A stretch of DNA of 64,000 nt, taken from positions 324,773 through 388,772 of the forward strand of contig CAWEAM010000010.1 of assembly GCA_963807105.1 (NCBI GenBank). Reading direction: 5' to 3'. The notes under the pieces are model-generated. The model did not search any database and was not told the origin of the DNA. It worked only from the letters and a program-made list of their open reading frames with translations. Below, piece by piece: positions 30,744-40,885 of this stretch. The position numbers were made by a program, and so were the translations under genes. The DNA comes from an uncultured Acidobacteriota bacterium (GTDB lineage Bacteria; Acidobacteriota; Vicinamibacteria; Vicinamibacterales; UBA2999). The stretch's first letter is position 1. The number at the start of each line of letters is the position of its first letter.

Positions 30744-32357
30744 TCATCGTCTCAGTTCCCGCTGCCGTTCCGCCTCCTCCAGCCACTGCGCCATCTTCTC
30801 GTCCTTTGCGGCCACGCGCGCCCAACCTTGTGCAGTAGCGTCCCAGCGGTAGTCCTTGATGGTCATGTCGATGCCGCGGTCGATGAGGAACTGCATCGAC
30901 TCGTAAGGGTTCGGCAAGAAGACGAGATGGTGCAGGATGCTCGCCGGCTCGTGCGAGTTCCAATTGGTGCTGACGTTTGCCCCGTGCTCGAGCAAGAAGT
31001 CCGCGACGTCGAAGTGGCGGTTGATGACGGACCAGGCGAGCGCGGTATCGAGAACGTGCTGCGCAGTCGGCGCGCCCCACTGGAGGTCGTCGAACTTCAG
31101 CGTGTGTGGGTCGTTACAGGGAAAATGCTTCTCGAGATCGCCCAGCGCAGGCGCGCCGGATTCGTCGAACCAGCGCTTCACCTGCGCGAGGTCGCCCATG
31201 CCTGCCGCATGCGGCAGATCGTCCGGCAGCGGCCAGATGCGGGTGAGTAATGGAATGAGGTGTGTCTTCGCGTACGTGAACGCCAACGCGATCGGGTGGA
31301 ATTCGGGCGACGCTTGGCGCCGGAGGAGTGCCGGATCGAGGTTGAGAAGGGCGGTGACGATTTCCCTGCGATCGTTCAGCGTTGCCGCCCCGATGAGCCC
31401 AGCCTGAAACTCCACGTAGGCTTCAGCGAGCAGCCACCGCTCACGCTGCAACGTACTGACGAACGCCGTCACATCGCCATCGTGGGCCGCGCGGCTGACC
31501 TGCTGCATGACAAACGCCTTCCACGGTCCGGCGGCTGTCGTCGCGTGCGCGACTCGCGTGTCGATAAAGTACCTGATGAAGGCGAGGCGGCCCAGGCTTC
31601 CATCGACGTGTGTGCCCAGCTCGGGATCGAGTGCGATGGATCGCTCCAGCAGGAGTGACGCGACCGCCTCGTGCTCGAAGCGGCAGGCGCACACGAACGC
31701 TTCATTGACGGTCGCGAGATCGTTGCCGTTCTCATCAAGAGCGGTGCGAACAGCGTCGAGCTCACCGAGCGCGGCAAAGAACTTGAGTGTGCGCGGAAGC
31801 AGGCCTTTGCGCTGAAACAGCTGCAGCAGGCCTCTGGCACGGGAGTCGATGAGGCCCTCGCACACCGATGGCATCACGACCGCGCCGGCGTCGATCAGCA
31901 GCTCGGCGCACGCCGCGCGGGTGAACCACCGTTCTCTCTCCGGGTCGCCGGCGTCGCCATAGGCGCCAGTGGCGATTCCGAGCAGGCCGCCTTTACTGTC
32001 CCAGTCGTTGCCTTGCCAGGACAGCAACGCCGGGTATTCAGTCAACAGTTGCTTCAGGCGTTCGACGTCGTTGTCGTGAATGACGCGTCGAGCCTGCGCT
32101 GCCGCCCACTCCAGACCGTTGCCAAGGCGTTTGCTCACCTCAGCGGTGAGGTCTTGCCAGCCGGCGTAGCCGTACTCGCGCGCGATCACGAGTTGCGCAT
32201 TGCGCTGCGTCAAGGGCAGGTCTAAATTCGGCAGTTGCGCCCGCGCACGCGCGATCGCACCGGCGTCACCGGCGGCGATGTCGCGCGCGAGTTTCTTTGC
32301 CTGTTTACGGAGGGACTCGAGAGACGGACGCGCAGGAAGAGACTTCGACGCGGTCAT
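30744..32357 (-). CDS. Ankyrin-repeat-like protein with LPARPSLESLRKQAK N-terminal domain
   Basis: AQLVIAREYGYAGW, AELLIDAGA, ADFLLEHGANV, FLIDRGID; AAGGAGG RBS. Confidence 0.85.
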   Translation of the reverse strand: MTASKSLPARPSLESLRKQAKKLARDIAAGDAGAIARARAQLPNLDLPLTQRNAQLVIAREYGYAGWQDLTAEVSKRLGNGLEWAAAQARRVIHDNDVERLKQLLTEYPALLSWQGNDWDSKGGLLGIATGAYGDAGDPERERWFTRAACAELLIDAGAVVMPSVCEGLIDSRARGLLQLFQRKGLLPRTLKFFAALGELDAVRTALDENGNDLATVNEAFVCACRFEHEAVASLLLERSIALDPELGTHVDGSLGRLAFIRYFIDTRVAHATTAAGPWKAFVMQQVSRAAHDGDVTAFVSTLQRERWLLAEAYVEFQAGLIGAATLNDRREIVTALLNLDPALLRRQASPEFHPIALAFTYAKTHLIPLLTRIWPLPDDLPHAAGMGDLAQVKRWFDESGAPALGDLEKHFPCNDPHTLKFDDLQWGAPTAQHVLDTALAWSVINRHFDVADFLLEHGANVSTNWNSHEPASILHHLVFLPNPYESMQFLIDRGIDMTIKDYRWDATAQGWARVAAKDEKMAQWLEEAERQRELRR

Positions 32358-32490
32358 TGCGACCTCCTTTCATGAATCGCCTGTAACCCGCTGAAACCAG
32401 GCTGAAAGAAGGTGCAAACGCACGCGACCCAGACCAAACAGGTGGGAGTGTTCCCTTGCCGCGGGTTGGTGGCGCCCTGTCGGCGCGCTC
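32358..32490 (-). ncRNA. Candidate structured cis-regulatory 5' leader
   Basis: Follows TTGACA-17-GATACT (32524-32496); CGCC-N-AACCCGC pairs with GCGGGTT-N-GGCG just before the RBS. Confidence 0.5.
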
Positions 32491-32559
32491 CCGGCAGTAT
32501 CACGGGACTGCCTTTCGATGTCAAACGCAGCCAAGACGGGAGTGTGGCTCGAGGCCGAA

Positions 32560-32800
32560 AGCCCGGGGATGAATATCGCACCGGCCAGAGCATGAAGCGT
32601 TCCAAGTGTCGTCATTTCTTCCGGCCCCTTTGTCGTTATTGGATCCACGACGAAGACGCCGGCCATGGCCAGGGCCGCGGCGACAGCGAGAAGTAAAACG
32701 AGCCCGATCCCCCGCCGATCGTGTCGATCTGTGAGCGAACCGCCGCACACAACGCGACGCAGCTGCGCGCCATCGAAAAGATGGCGGTCGTCATCATCCA
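32560..32800 (-). pseudogene. DUF998-like membrane protein fragment
   Basis: IGLVLLL...AGVFVVDPIT...GTLHALAG. Confidence 0.45.
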
Positions 32801-33041
32801 ACCGTCCTCTCCGATGGCGTATTCACTGGCGGGACGCCACGAAGGATCGAGTTCAGGTTTCAGGACGTGCAGAATGGCGCTACTGTGTCATTCGTGGCGA
32901 GATACGATTTCGCCGACGGACTGTCCCCAGTGGCGTCCGCTCGCTCTGGTCCCTTGCGTCCAATCCTGGTCGCGCGTATAAGAACCACATCGACGTTCGT
33001 ATCCGTGTACGGTTTCGCCGGCCAACAAGTTGGAGGTCTCC

Positions 33042-36032
33042 ATGTCGAGACGGATCGCGATCCTCTTCGGAGTTGTCTTGACCGTCGGCCCGCCAGTGTG
33101 GGCGCAAACGCAGATTACGACCGGCGTCATCCAGGGCACGGTGTCGGATCCGAGCGGCGCGCTCGTACCAGGCGCCGCCGTCGAGGTCAGGAACGTCGAT
33201 ACCAATGCATCGCGCTCGCAGATCACCGGCGCCGATGGCCGCTTCGTGTTCCTCCAGCTCCGCCCGGGCCGCTATACGCTCACGGTGACGCTGCAGGGTT
33301 TCGCCACACACGTACAGGAGGAGGTGACCCTCACCGTTGGCCAGTCCATCACGGTCAATCCTGTCTTGAAGGTGTCAGGCACAGCTGAGACCGTGACGGT
33401 CACCGGATCCACGTTCATCGACGTCACTCGCACGGAGGTGAGTAATACCCTCAATGAGACCACCATCAGCACGACGCCCATCCTGGGCCGGAAGTTCGAG
33501 GATCTGCTGACGCTGACTCCCGGGGTGAGTATCGTCCAGGGCCCGGACGGCGACGAGATCACGTTCAGCGGGCAGCGCGGCATGTACAACAACATCAGCC
33601 TCGATGGTGGTGACTACAACAACGGGTTTTTCGGCGAGCAACTTGGTGGTCAGCGGGCGGCGATCGACATCACACTGGAGGCGGTGAAGGAATTCCAGGT
33701 CGTGGCCATCGGCGCCAACGCGGAGTTCGGCCGCACCGCGGGCGGCGTCGTCAATGTCGTGACCAAGTCGGGGACGAACGAGGTCAACGGCAGCGTCTTT
33801 CACTTCCAGCGCCTGGAAGGATTGACCGCGGATGCCTCGGACGGCACTCCGCCGACCGACTTTCATCGCGAGCAATTCGGCGGGACGATTGGGGGGCCGA
33901 TCAAGCGCGACAGGGTGTTCTTCTTCGCTGCACTCGAGCACATCAACGAGAACCTGCAGCGGGCCAACCTGAGTCAGCCTCTCGGAACCTGTGGCGTCGA
34001 TACGCCCGTCATTACCAATCCAGGGCACGAAGCGCTGATCGACAGCAGCGTCGAATGCCAGCGCCGGGCATTGCTCAACTTCTTCCGCACCAACCGGAAT
34101 CAGGAAGAAGGCAACCCCATCGATCACACAATCGATAACACGGCGATCCTGGGAAAAGTGGACGCCGTGATCAATCCCTCCAACAATCTGAGCGGGTCCT
34201 ACAACTTCGACTACTCCAAGAACGATAACCAGACGTTCGACGTGGCCACCTACGGAAACTCCGCCAATGGCATCGAGGGTCCATCGAAAATCGGCGTTCT
34301 CAACGTGAATTTCTTCACGACCCTCTCCCCGACCAAGTTCAACGAATTCCACGTCACCTACGCCCGGGAATTGCGCCCGCGCAACGCCGTCGACTCGAAT
34401 GTGCCGCCGGACACGGGTATGGGCGACCCCGCATTCCGCTTCGGCAATCCCTATTTCCTGCACCCGAGCGTCGATGAGCTGCTCTGGCGTACGCAGATCA
34501 AGAACAACTTGTCGATCGTGGCGGGACGTCACACGTTGAAGCTGGGAGGCGAGTGGCTGCACACGGTCAACGATCAGGTCTTCCGTGGCTTTTTTGAAGG
34601 CCGTTACCTGTTCGGCACAGTCAGCGGGTTCCTGCGCTATGCGTCACCCGCGGGACCGGGCGGTTTTGGTCCCAACGCGGTGTCCTGCTCGAACGGCACG
34701 TGGGTGACTCATCCAACGACGTGCCCAGCCGGCAGCACCCTCGTTGGAACGCCGCTCCTGCTCTACCTCCAGGAGACCGGAAGCGGCTTTCCCGGTGTCG
34801 ATCCGCCCGGCTATTCGCTGCTCGTCAACGAGGATCTGGCGCTGTTCGCTCAGGACCAATGGCAGGTCCGTCCCAATGTCACGATCAACTACGGACTGCG
34901 CTGGGATGCGCAGGTGATGGCCGACACGGTGGACCCGGCAACGACGGCTTATGCCTCGTTGGTGAACAACCCGGCCTTTCTCTCGGAAGGCACGATTCCA
35001 AATCAGATGGCACAGTTCCAGCCGCGCTTCGGCATCGCGTGGGATGTCAAGTCGAACAGTCAGACCGTCATCCGGGCGAACGCCGGCTTGTACTACGCGC
35101 GCAACAACATGTTGAGCCAGGCTGGCTCGGTCACTGCCAACGGGCTGCAGAACCAGGGGGCCGGTCGCGGAGTCATTACCGATCTCGTGCCGGGGGTTGC
35201 TCCGATGCCGACGTGGCCAGGGATCCTCGAGATTCCACCGCTTCCACCCGGCCAGTTCCCGTTGTTCACGAACGTACGCGTCACGGCGTCCGATTACCAC
35301 AACGCGAAGATCGGGACGGTGAACGTCGCGCTCGAGCAGGCATTGGCGCCGGATTGGTCGATGTATGTCGACTTCACCTGGTCGAAGGGTGTCGATTTGA
35401 GCCAGTTTCTCAACATCAATTCCCCCGGCCGGGGGTCGCCTTTCGGCCCGGCGCTAAATGACGTCTACGTCCACACGAGCCTCGCGCACGCGCTCTACCG
35501 CGGCGCCACATTCGCGGTCCGGAAGCGCTTTTCGGGCGGCTACCAGCTCGAGGCAAACTACGTCCTCTCCAAGGACATGGACACCGACTCCAGCGAGCGC
35601 GATCCTTTTGCCGATCGCAGCTTCGACCTCCCCCTGTCGGACCTGGATCGGCTCTATGCGCCGTCTGATCGCGACAGCCGCCACAAGTTCAACCTGTTCG
35701 CCTACGGCAACCTCCCAGCCGGGATGGTTGGCAATACGCGAATCCAGGCCCGCTCGGCGCAGCCAATCACGCCGACCGGGGGCGGTCCCGACGAGCGCAA
35801 CAGCATCCGCAAGGACAACGAGTTCTTCACCTTCGACTGGCGGATCATGCGGCCGTTCCGCTTCGCCGACCGCTACGAAATCATTCCGACGTTCGAGATG
35901 TTCAACACGTTCAACAACAAGAACAACATCAATCCGTTGGTGACGCCGCTTCTGTTCGACTTCGCAGGCTTCCTGCGTCTCGGCGTGGGCGATCCGCGTC
36001 AGGTGCAGCTGTCTGTGAAGTTCGTGTTCTAA
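33042..36032 (+). CDS. TonB-dependent receptor
   Basis: Signal peptide, IQGTVSDPSGALVPGA, AVKEFQVV, TKSGTN, FQPRFGIAWD, ends KFVF. Confidence 0.92.
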   Translation: MSRRIAILFGVVLTVGPPVWAQTQITTGVIQGTVSDPSGALVPGAAVEVRNVDTNASRSQITGADGRFVFLQLRPGRYTLTVTLQGFATHVQEEVTLTVGQSITVNPVLKVSGTAETVTVTGSTFIDVTRTEVSNTLNETTISTTPILGRKFEDLLTLTPGVSIVQGPDGDEITFSGQRGMYNNISLDGGDYNNGFFGEQLGGQRAAIDITLEAVKEFQVVAIGANAEFGRTAGGVVNVVTKSGTNEVNGSVFHFQRLEGLTADASDGTPPTDFHREQFGGTIGGPIKRDRVFFFAALEHINENLQRANLSQPLGTCGVDTPVITNPGHEALIDSSVECQRRALLNFFRTNRNQEEGNPIDHTIDNTAILGKVDAVINPSNNLSGSYNFDYSKNDNQTFDVATYGNSANGIEGPSKIGVLNVNFFTTLSPTKFNEFHVTYARELRPRNAVDSNVPPDTGMGDPAFRFGNPYFLHPSVDELLWRTQIKNNLSIVAGRHTLKLGGEWLHTVNDQVFRGFFEGRYLFGTVSGFLRYASPAGPGGFGPNAVSCSNGTWVTHPTTCPAGSTLVGTPLLLYLQETGSGFPGVDPPGYSLLVNEDLALFAQDQWQVRPNVTINYGLRWDAQVMADTVDPATTAYASLVNNPAFLSEGTIPNQMAQFQPRFGIAWDVKSNSQTVIRANAGLYYARNNMLSQAGSVTANGLQNQGAGRGVITDLVPGVAPMPTWPGILEIPPLPPGQFPLFTNVRVTASDYHNAKIGTVNVALEQALAPDWSMYVDFTWSKGVDLSQFLNINSPGRGSPFGPALNDVYVHTSLAHALYRGATFAVRKRFSGGYQLEANYVLSKDMDTDSSERDPFADRSFDLPLSDLDRLYAPSDRDSRHKFNLFAYGNLPAGMVGNTRIQARSAQPITPTGGGPDERNSIRKDNEFFTFDWRIMRPFRFADRYEIIPTFEMFNTFNNKNNINPLVTPLLFDFAGFLRLGVGDPRQVQLSVKFVF

Positions 36033-36071
36033 CGACGACCGGAGCCATTCGTCGACAGCATCGGAACCAAG

Positions 36072-37019
36072 ATGGCAGGACGGGAACACACGCTCGACAA
36101 GGGCAAGGTTCATCACAAGTGGGACAAGCGCAACCCGCCGGCCATCGCCATCGAATCCGGCGACACCGTGCACTGCGAGACGGCCGAAGTGACCAACAAT
36201 CAGATCACGCCCGGCTGTCCGGCGTCGGCGCTGGGCGCGCTCGATTTCTCGCAGTTGTATCCGCTCGCCGGGCCGATCTTCATCGACGACGCCGAGCCTG
36301 GCGATATCCTCGAAATCGAGATCGTTCGGCTCGAGCCCTTGAGATGGGGATGGACGGGAATCATTCCGGGACTGGGACTCCTCTCCGAGGATTTCGTCGA
36401 ACCCTACATCCGTCACTTCGATCTCACGAATCGGTTCACGGCCCCTCTGCGCGAAGACATTCAGATCCCGATTCAGCCGTTCTGTGGAACGATGGGGGTG
36501 GCAACCGATGAGGATGGCGCGCTCGACGTGTTGCCGCCGACAAAAGGCGCGGGAAACATCGACACGCGGCATCTCACCATAGGCACGCGCTTGCGCCTCC
36601 CTGTCTACGTCAAGGGCGCGCTGTTCTCCGCCGGCGACTGTCACGCCGCACAGGGCGACGGTGAAGTCTGCGTCACGGGCATCGAGTGCCCGATGCAATT
36701 CAGTTTGCGGTTCACCGTCCGCAAAGGCCGTTCGCTGCTGCCATGGCGCTACGAATTCATTACGGCTCCCGGCTCGCTGCAACCGCGTTCCGATGCAAAG
36801 GGTTATTTCGCTCACACCGCGCTTGGTCCCGACTTGATGACGAACGCGAAGAACGCCGTGCGCGGTGTCATCGACTGGCTGGTCAGAGAGAAGAACCTGA
36901 GCCGTGAGGATGCGTACATTCTCTGCAGCCTTGCCGTCGACCTGAAAATCAGCCAGATCGTGGATGCACCCAACTGGGGAGTGTCGGCCTATCTGGCGCT
37001 GAGTGTCTTCACGACCTAG
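36072..37019 (+). CDS. Acetamidase/formamidase family protein
   Basis: GPIFIDDAEPGD, PFCGTMGV, GNIDTR, GDCHAAQGDGEV, AYILCSLAVDLKISQIVD. Confidence 0.93.
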   Translation: MAGREHTLDKGKVHHKWDKRNPPAIAIESGDTVHCETAEVTNNQITPGCPASALGALDFSQLYPLAGPIFIDDAEPGDILEIEIVRLEPLRWGWTGIIPGLGLLSEDFVEPYIRHFDLTNRFTAPLREDIQIPIQPFCGTMGVATDEDGALDVLPPTKGAGNIDTRHLTIGTRLRLPVYVKGALFSAGDCHAAQGDGEVCVTGIECPMQFSLRFTVRKGRSLLPWRYEFITAPGSLQPRSDAKGYFAHTALGPDLMTNAKNAVRGVIDWLVREKNLSREDAYILCSLAVDLKISQIVDAPNWGVSAYLALSVFTT

Positions 37020-37098
37020 TGGCCACCAGCAATAAGCTGGTGAACATGGTGGTGGCCGACGGTCTGGTGTCGGGTTGGTACTGGAAGCGGCGGCGCCG

Positions 37099-37318
37099 CT
37101 AAGGGGCCAGATCAATCTGCTTTCGGAGTTGCGCGATCCTCGGATCCGATCGCATAGGAGCCAATTCGGGAGCTTGTAGACTGTCTGCAAGCCCCGATTG
37201 GTTCAACCAGGAGTCGAAGAAATTTCGACTGCCGCTCATTTCGCGAGAAGCCGCCGCTCGAGAGCACATCTGCCAGCGCCCGCTGAATGGCCTCCTTCTC
37301 AGGCTTCCCAAGCTCCAT
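37099..37318 (-). pseudogene. wHTH/TolB-like/TPR regulator with internal deletion
   Basis: MELGK...ALADVLSSGGFSRNERQSKFLRLLVE joined to C-terminal LAPMRSDPRIAQLRKQIDL. Confidence 0.65.
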
Positions 37319-37350
37319 GGGCCGACAGGACAGGTTGCCTTTTGACGGAG

Positions 37351-37386
37351 TGCAACCGTTGCAACCCTTTTTCAACCCTTGCAACC
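37351..37386. repeat. Four direct repeats T(G/T)CAACC (spacing 9/11/9), probable regulator binding site
   Basis: tgcaacc 37351, 37360, 37380; ttcaacc 37371; lies between divergent genes. Confidence 0.6.
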
Positions 37387-37451
37387 TTGTGCCGGTTGCC
37401 GGGAACCGAGTATCGTTCGTCAGGCGAAAGTGCGAACGAGAGGAGTGAGCG

Positions 37452-38308
37452 GTGCGAGCGGCGATTGGTATCGGCATCGCGGCAGTTGCGGCGATCGGAA
37501 GCCTCGCGATCGCGTGCGATTCAGTGTCTGGCCCAACTGGCGGCGACAAGACGTACGTGCGCGGAGGAGTTTCGGACAAAGCGTTTCGGCCGCTACCGGG
37601 TGCGCGGATAGAAGTCCTCGACGGTCCCCATGCGGGCGTCACTGCGAGCTCCAACGCGATGGGGTTGTTCGAATTCTCCGGAACCACCAGTGGTGACGTT
37701 CGACTGCGCGCCAGCCGCGCCGGTTTCGAGACCGCGACCATCGACACGGCATGGCGGCCGGCGAATTCGATCTTATGGGCGTCGTTTCAGCTGAAACCTA
37801 TCGAGCCTGCACTCGCGATCGAACCTGGACCTTACACGCTGACCGTCACCTCCGATCTGGCGACGGCAACCGGCCGGCAAGCGCCGTGCGAAGGCTTCCC
37901 GGCCGACCTGAGGACCCGAACATTTGAAGGGACGATTCAGGTCAGCACGTCGCCGACGTATGCGTATGACTTTTCGACGCTGCCCACCAAACCCACGCTG
38001 AGCCGGCAGTCGGGGCGACTGTGGCTTGGCGTGGCGGGTCAATTCATCGGGTTTGAGAGCGACGACCCGATCTTTCCGAAGAATTGCCCGGCTTTCGCTA
38101 TCTCCAGATCTTGGGGAGTGCACCAACCAGCGAGCCGGCCACGTCGACAGGTACGTCCATCACGGTCCCGTTCCACGGCGACTTCTGGTATTGCCAATTG
38201 AGATCGGCGTTGAGCGCCAACAATTGTTCTCAGGTGCCGCGCGAGCAACTCGTTGATTACCGGAGTTGCTCGTCCGTCCACGACACGATGGTGTTTACAA
38301 AACGATGA
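37452..38308 (+). CDS. Lipoprotein with carboxypeptidase-regulatory-like domain, frameshift near 38075
   Basis: LAIAC lipobox, RPLPGARIEVLDG, LRASRAGF; continues in ORF 38084-38308. Confidence 0.7.
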
Positions 38309-38569
38309 AGGGTGATTGGGATTAACCAAGCGTTCCGACGAGGCGTCGATCGGGCGCCTGCAGATTGGCGATCTCGCGAGGTTGATCTTCGCTGAGGACT
38401 TGAGCGCGCGCTCGAAACGAACGAGACAACGCGGTCTACCCTACTGAATTGATTTTGTTGGGCCCTTCGACGTCGCTCAGGGCCATTCTCCCTGTAGGTG
38501 GCTGGGTGTTAGGGACGGAATTCGCAACTGGTTGCTGACGGCGGCGTGAAGCCTCCATCCTCGGAACTC

Positions 38570-40438
38570 CCTGCCGCCCGCGAGTCAGCAAGACCCGGTA
38601 GGCGTTCAGCAGGTATCGCTTCCTCTCTTCCTTGTGAATGGTCGTCCACGCGTCGCCCCGGAACGAGTGGTAGCGCCACAAGTCGGCGTGTCGCCGCAGA
38701 TCGGCATCCCAAGTAACGCAAACCCAATCGAGCTCGAGGCCCTGAACCTGGAACTCGGTTGCCGCGTCCTCCAGGTAGTAGCTCGATCGCGTGTCATGCC
38801 TGTCATTCAGGAACCACTGAACCGGCTCGACGTTCACGCGGACGTCGATCGCGTGTGGTTTAAGCCGCTGCGCTTGCGACGACGCGACCAATCCGTATCG
38901 CTCTGAACCGCGGGCATGGCTGCGGATCCAGGCCTTTGCGCGATCCAAGTCGCGCGTGACGGCCATCGGATACCGCCGCGTTACCTCCCGCAGGAGTGTT
39001 TGGGCCGAGACCACATCACAATCGAGGGCAGCCTTGACGAACGCGGACACCTTCTCCGAGCGGAAGGATCGCATCGACGTTGCAAGATGGAGCCGATCGT
39101 CCCAGACGAGCGAGCCCAAGGCACCGAGCCGCTCGAGAGCTGACTCCGTCGCGTATTCAGGGTCGGTGAGGTTGGGTGAAACATATACCCGCCAGTACGG
39201 GAACCGCATCCGGACGGCCTCGAGCCATTCGCCTATACCCGCCTCACCAGTGTGAATTTCCTGTCCCGCCACCGACGAGGCAGATGACGACGGCCCAGGC
39301 ATCGTGGCGGTCGAGATACGAGATCAGGAACTCCGGTTCGGATTGATCGAAAATGGCAATCTTCTTGCGGCGCTTCATGAAGTCAGCGGTCTTCGCGTGC
39401 GACCACGCACGCTGCGCTTCGTCGAAGATGACGACGTGGTCGTATGGAGCGCTCGTCGTGCGCACACCTTCATCTCGGAAGTGGTGGACGTTCTGAATGA
39501 AGGGCTTCACGCGCTGGCGTACAGCGCCTTCCGTTCGGTGTTTCCGATGCGCGCCAGTTCGTCGCGCGTGAGCGCTTCCTGAAGAACAGCCACCAGCGGA
39601 CCGTTTCCCGAGAGGTACACCGCACGTGCTTCGCCGAACGTCCGCCTCCGTGTGGCAACGTTCAAGCCCACGAGGGTCTTTCCGGCGCCAGGTATGCCAG
39701 TGACAAACACGATGGACTTCTCGCGGTTCGCCCTTGAGCGCTCGATGATCTCCTCTACGCCGACTGAGGTGACGCGTAGGTTCTTGGCGCCCGCGTCGCT
39801 GCGCGAAATTGCCTCGACCGAGTGTCGCGCGTACAGTGCTCGGCCCGCTTCAATGATGATGGTGGGCGTCGGCTGATAGGGCGGGCGCCCCACGCCTCGC
39901 CGTGGATCGGCGGGCCGCTGCTCGTTCCCAGGCCTTCTTCGATAGCATGTCGCAGGTGCGGAGCGCCGCAGCGATACGGTGGCCTCACGCCGTCTGGGTA
40001 CGGAGTTTGCCATGCCTCCTCCGCCGCCTCCGATTCGGTGGCGACGAGAATCGGGAGTATCGCAGCGTCATGACTCGCCGCATGGAAGTTCTTTAGGTCC
40101 AGCGCGTAGTCCCACGCCTGGTTGTAGTCCGCCAGCCGGAACTGGCGCTCGCCGCACTTGAACTCAATCGGAAATATCGTCGGCCCGGAAACCAGTACAC
40201 CATCGATCCGGCTGCCGAGTCGCGGGACCTCGAACTCCAGGTAGAGCGTTCCCTCAAGACCTCTCAGGGCGGTCCGTAGTATGTCGATCTCCAGCTCCCA
40301 TCCCTGACGCTGATCGACGTCGAGATCATGTGCGTGTGCCGCAGCGAGTGCACCCAGGACATGGTGGAGTTCCAGGGCGAGAAACCCGTCGACCGATGTC
40401 GAATAGTAAGCAGATTTTCGGTACAGCACGTCGGACAC
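38570..40438 (-). pseudogene. DUF2075 / Schlafen group 3-like nuclease-helicase; three frameshifts, C-terminus truncated
   Basis: [47 protein letters not shown], then similarity stops. Confidence 0.82.
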
Positions 40439-40547
40439 GGACGGCCAGGATAGCGTAGACGCTTCGACCGCATCGTCGCCCGGGCAGCCGAACGCGTAGC
40501 AGCATTCACCGTGGAGTGTGAGTGACCAAAACAGATTAACGATGAGC

Positions 40548-40573
40548 TGGCTGGGAGGCAGGGATTCGAACCC
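40548..40573 (-). mobile_element. tRNA 3'-end fragment (Gln-like), att-site core
   Basis: Minus strand GGGTTCGAATCCCTGCCTCCCAGCCA (T loop, acceptor strand, CCA); no D or anticodon arm upstream. Confidence 0.7.
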
Positions 40574-40885
40574 CGTAGGGCATAACTCGTAAATAGCTGA
40601 TGGCGTGAGACTTTTTGCAACCGCCTCGATTTCTGCGAGTCTTCTGTTCCTCTGGGCGCCTCTCGATTGCTCGTGAATCCGCCGCAGTCCACCCCCGTCG
40701 TGGAGACATTATGGCGACGGCGTCTGCGAGGGTTGGCCAGACCTGCACTTCCGGCGGCCCCTCGTTTGGAACTGCTCAGAGCTGGCCCAAACGTATTATC
40801 TCCGCGACTTCGATGAATCGTCCCTTCGTACGTCGCGGGGAGGAGGTGGAGTTTACAGCCGTTCGACGCTTCGTGCGCTTCGACG

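Noticed and set aside
40548..40625. Complete tRNA gene
   Set aside because: Only the T arm and acceptor 3' strand are present; the upstream sequence does not form D or anticodon arms.
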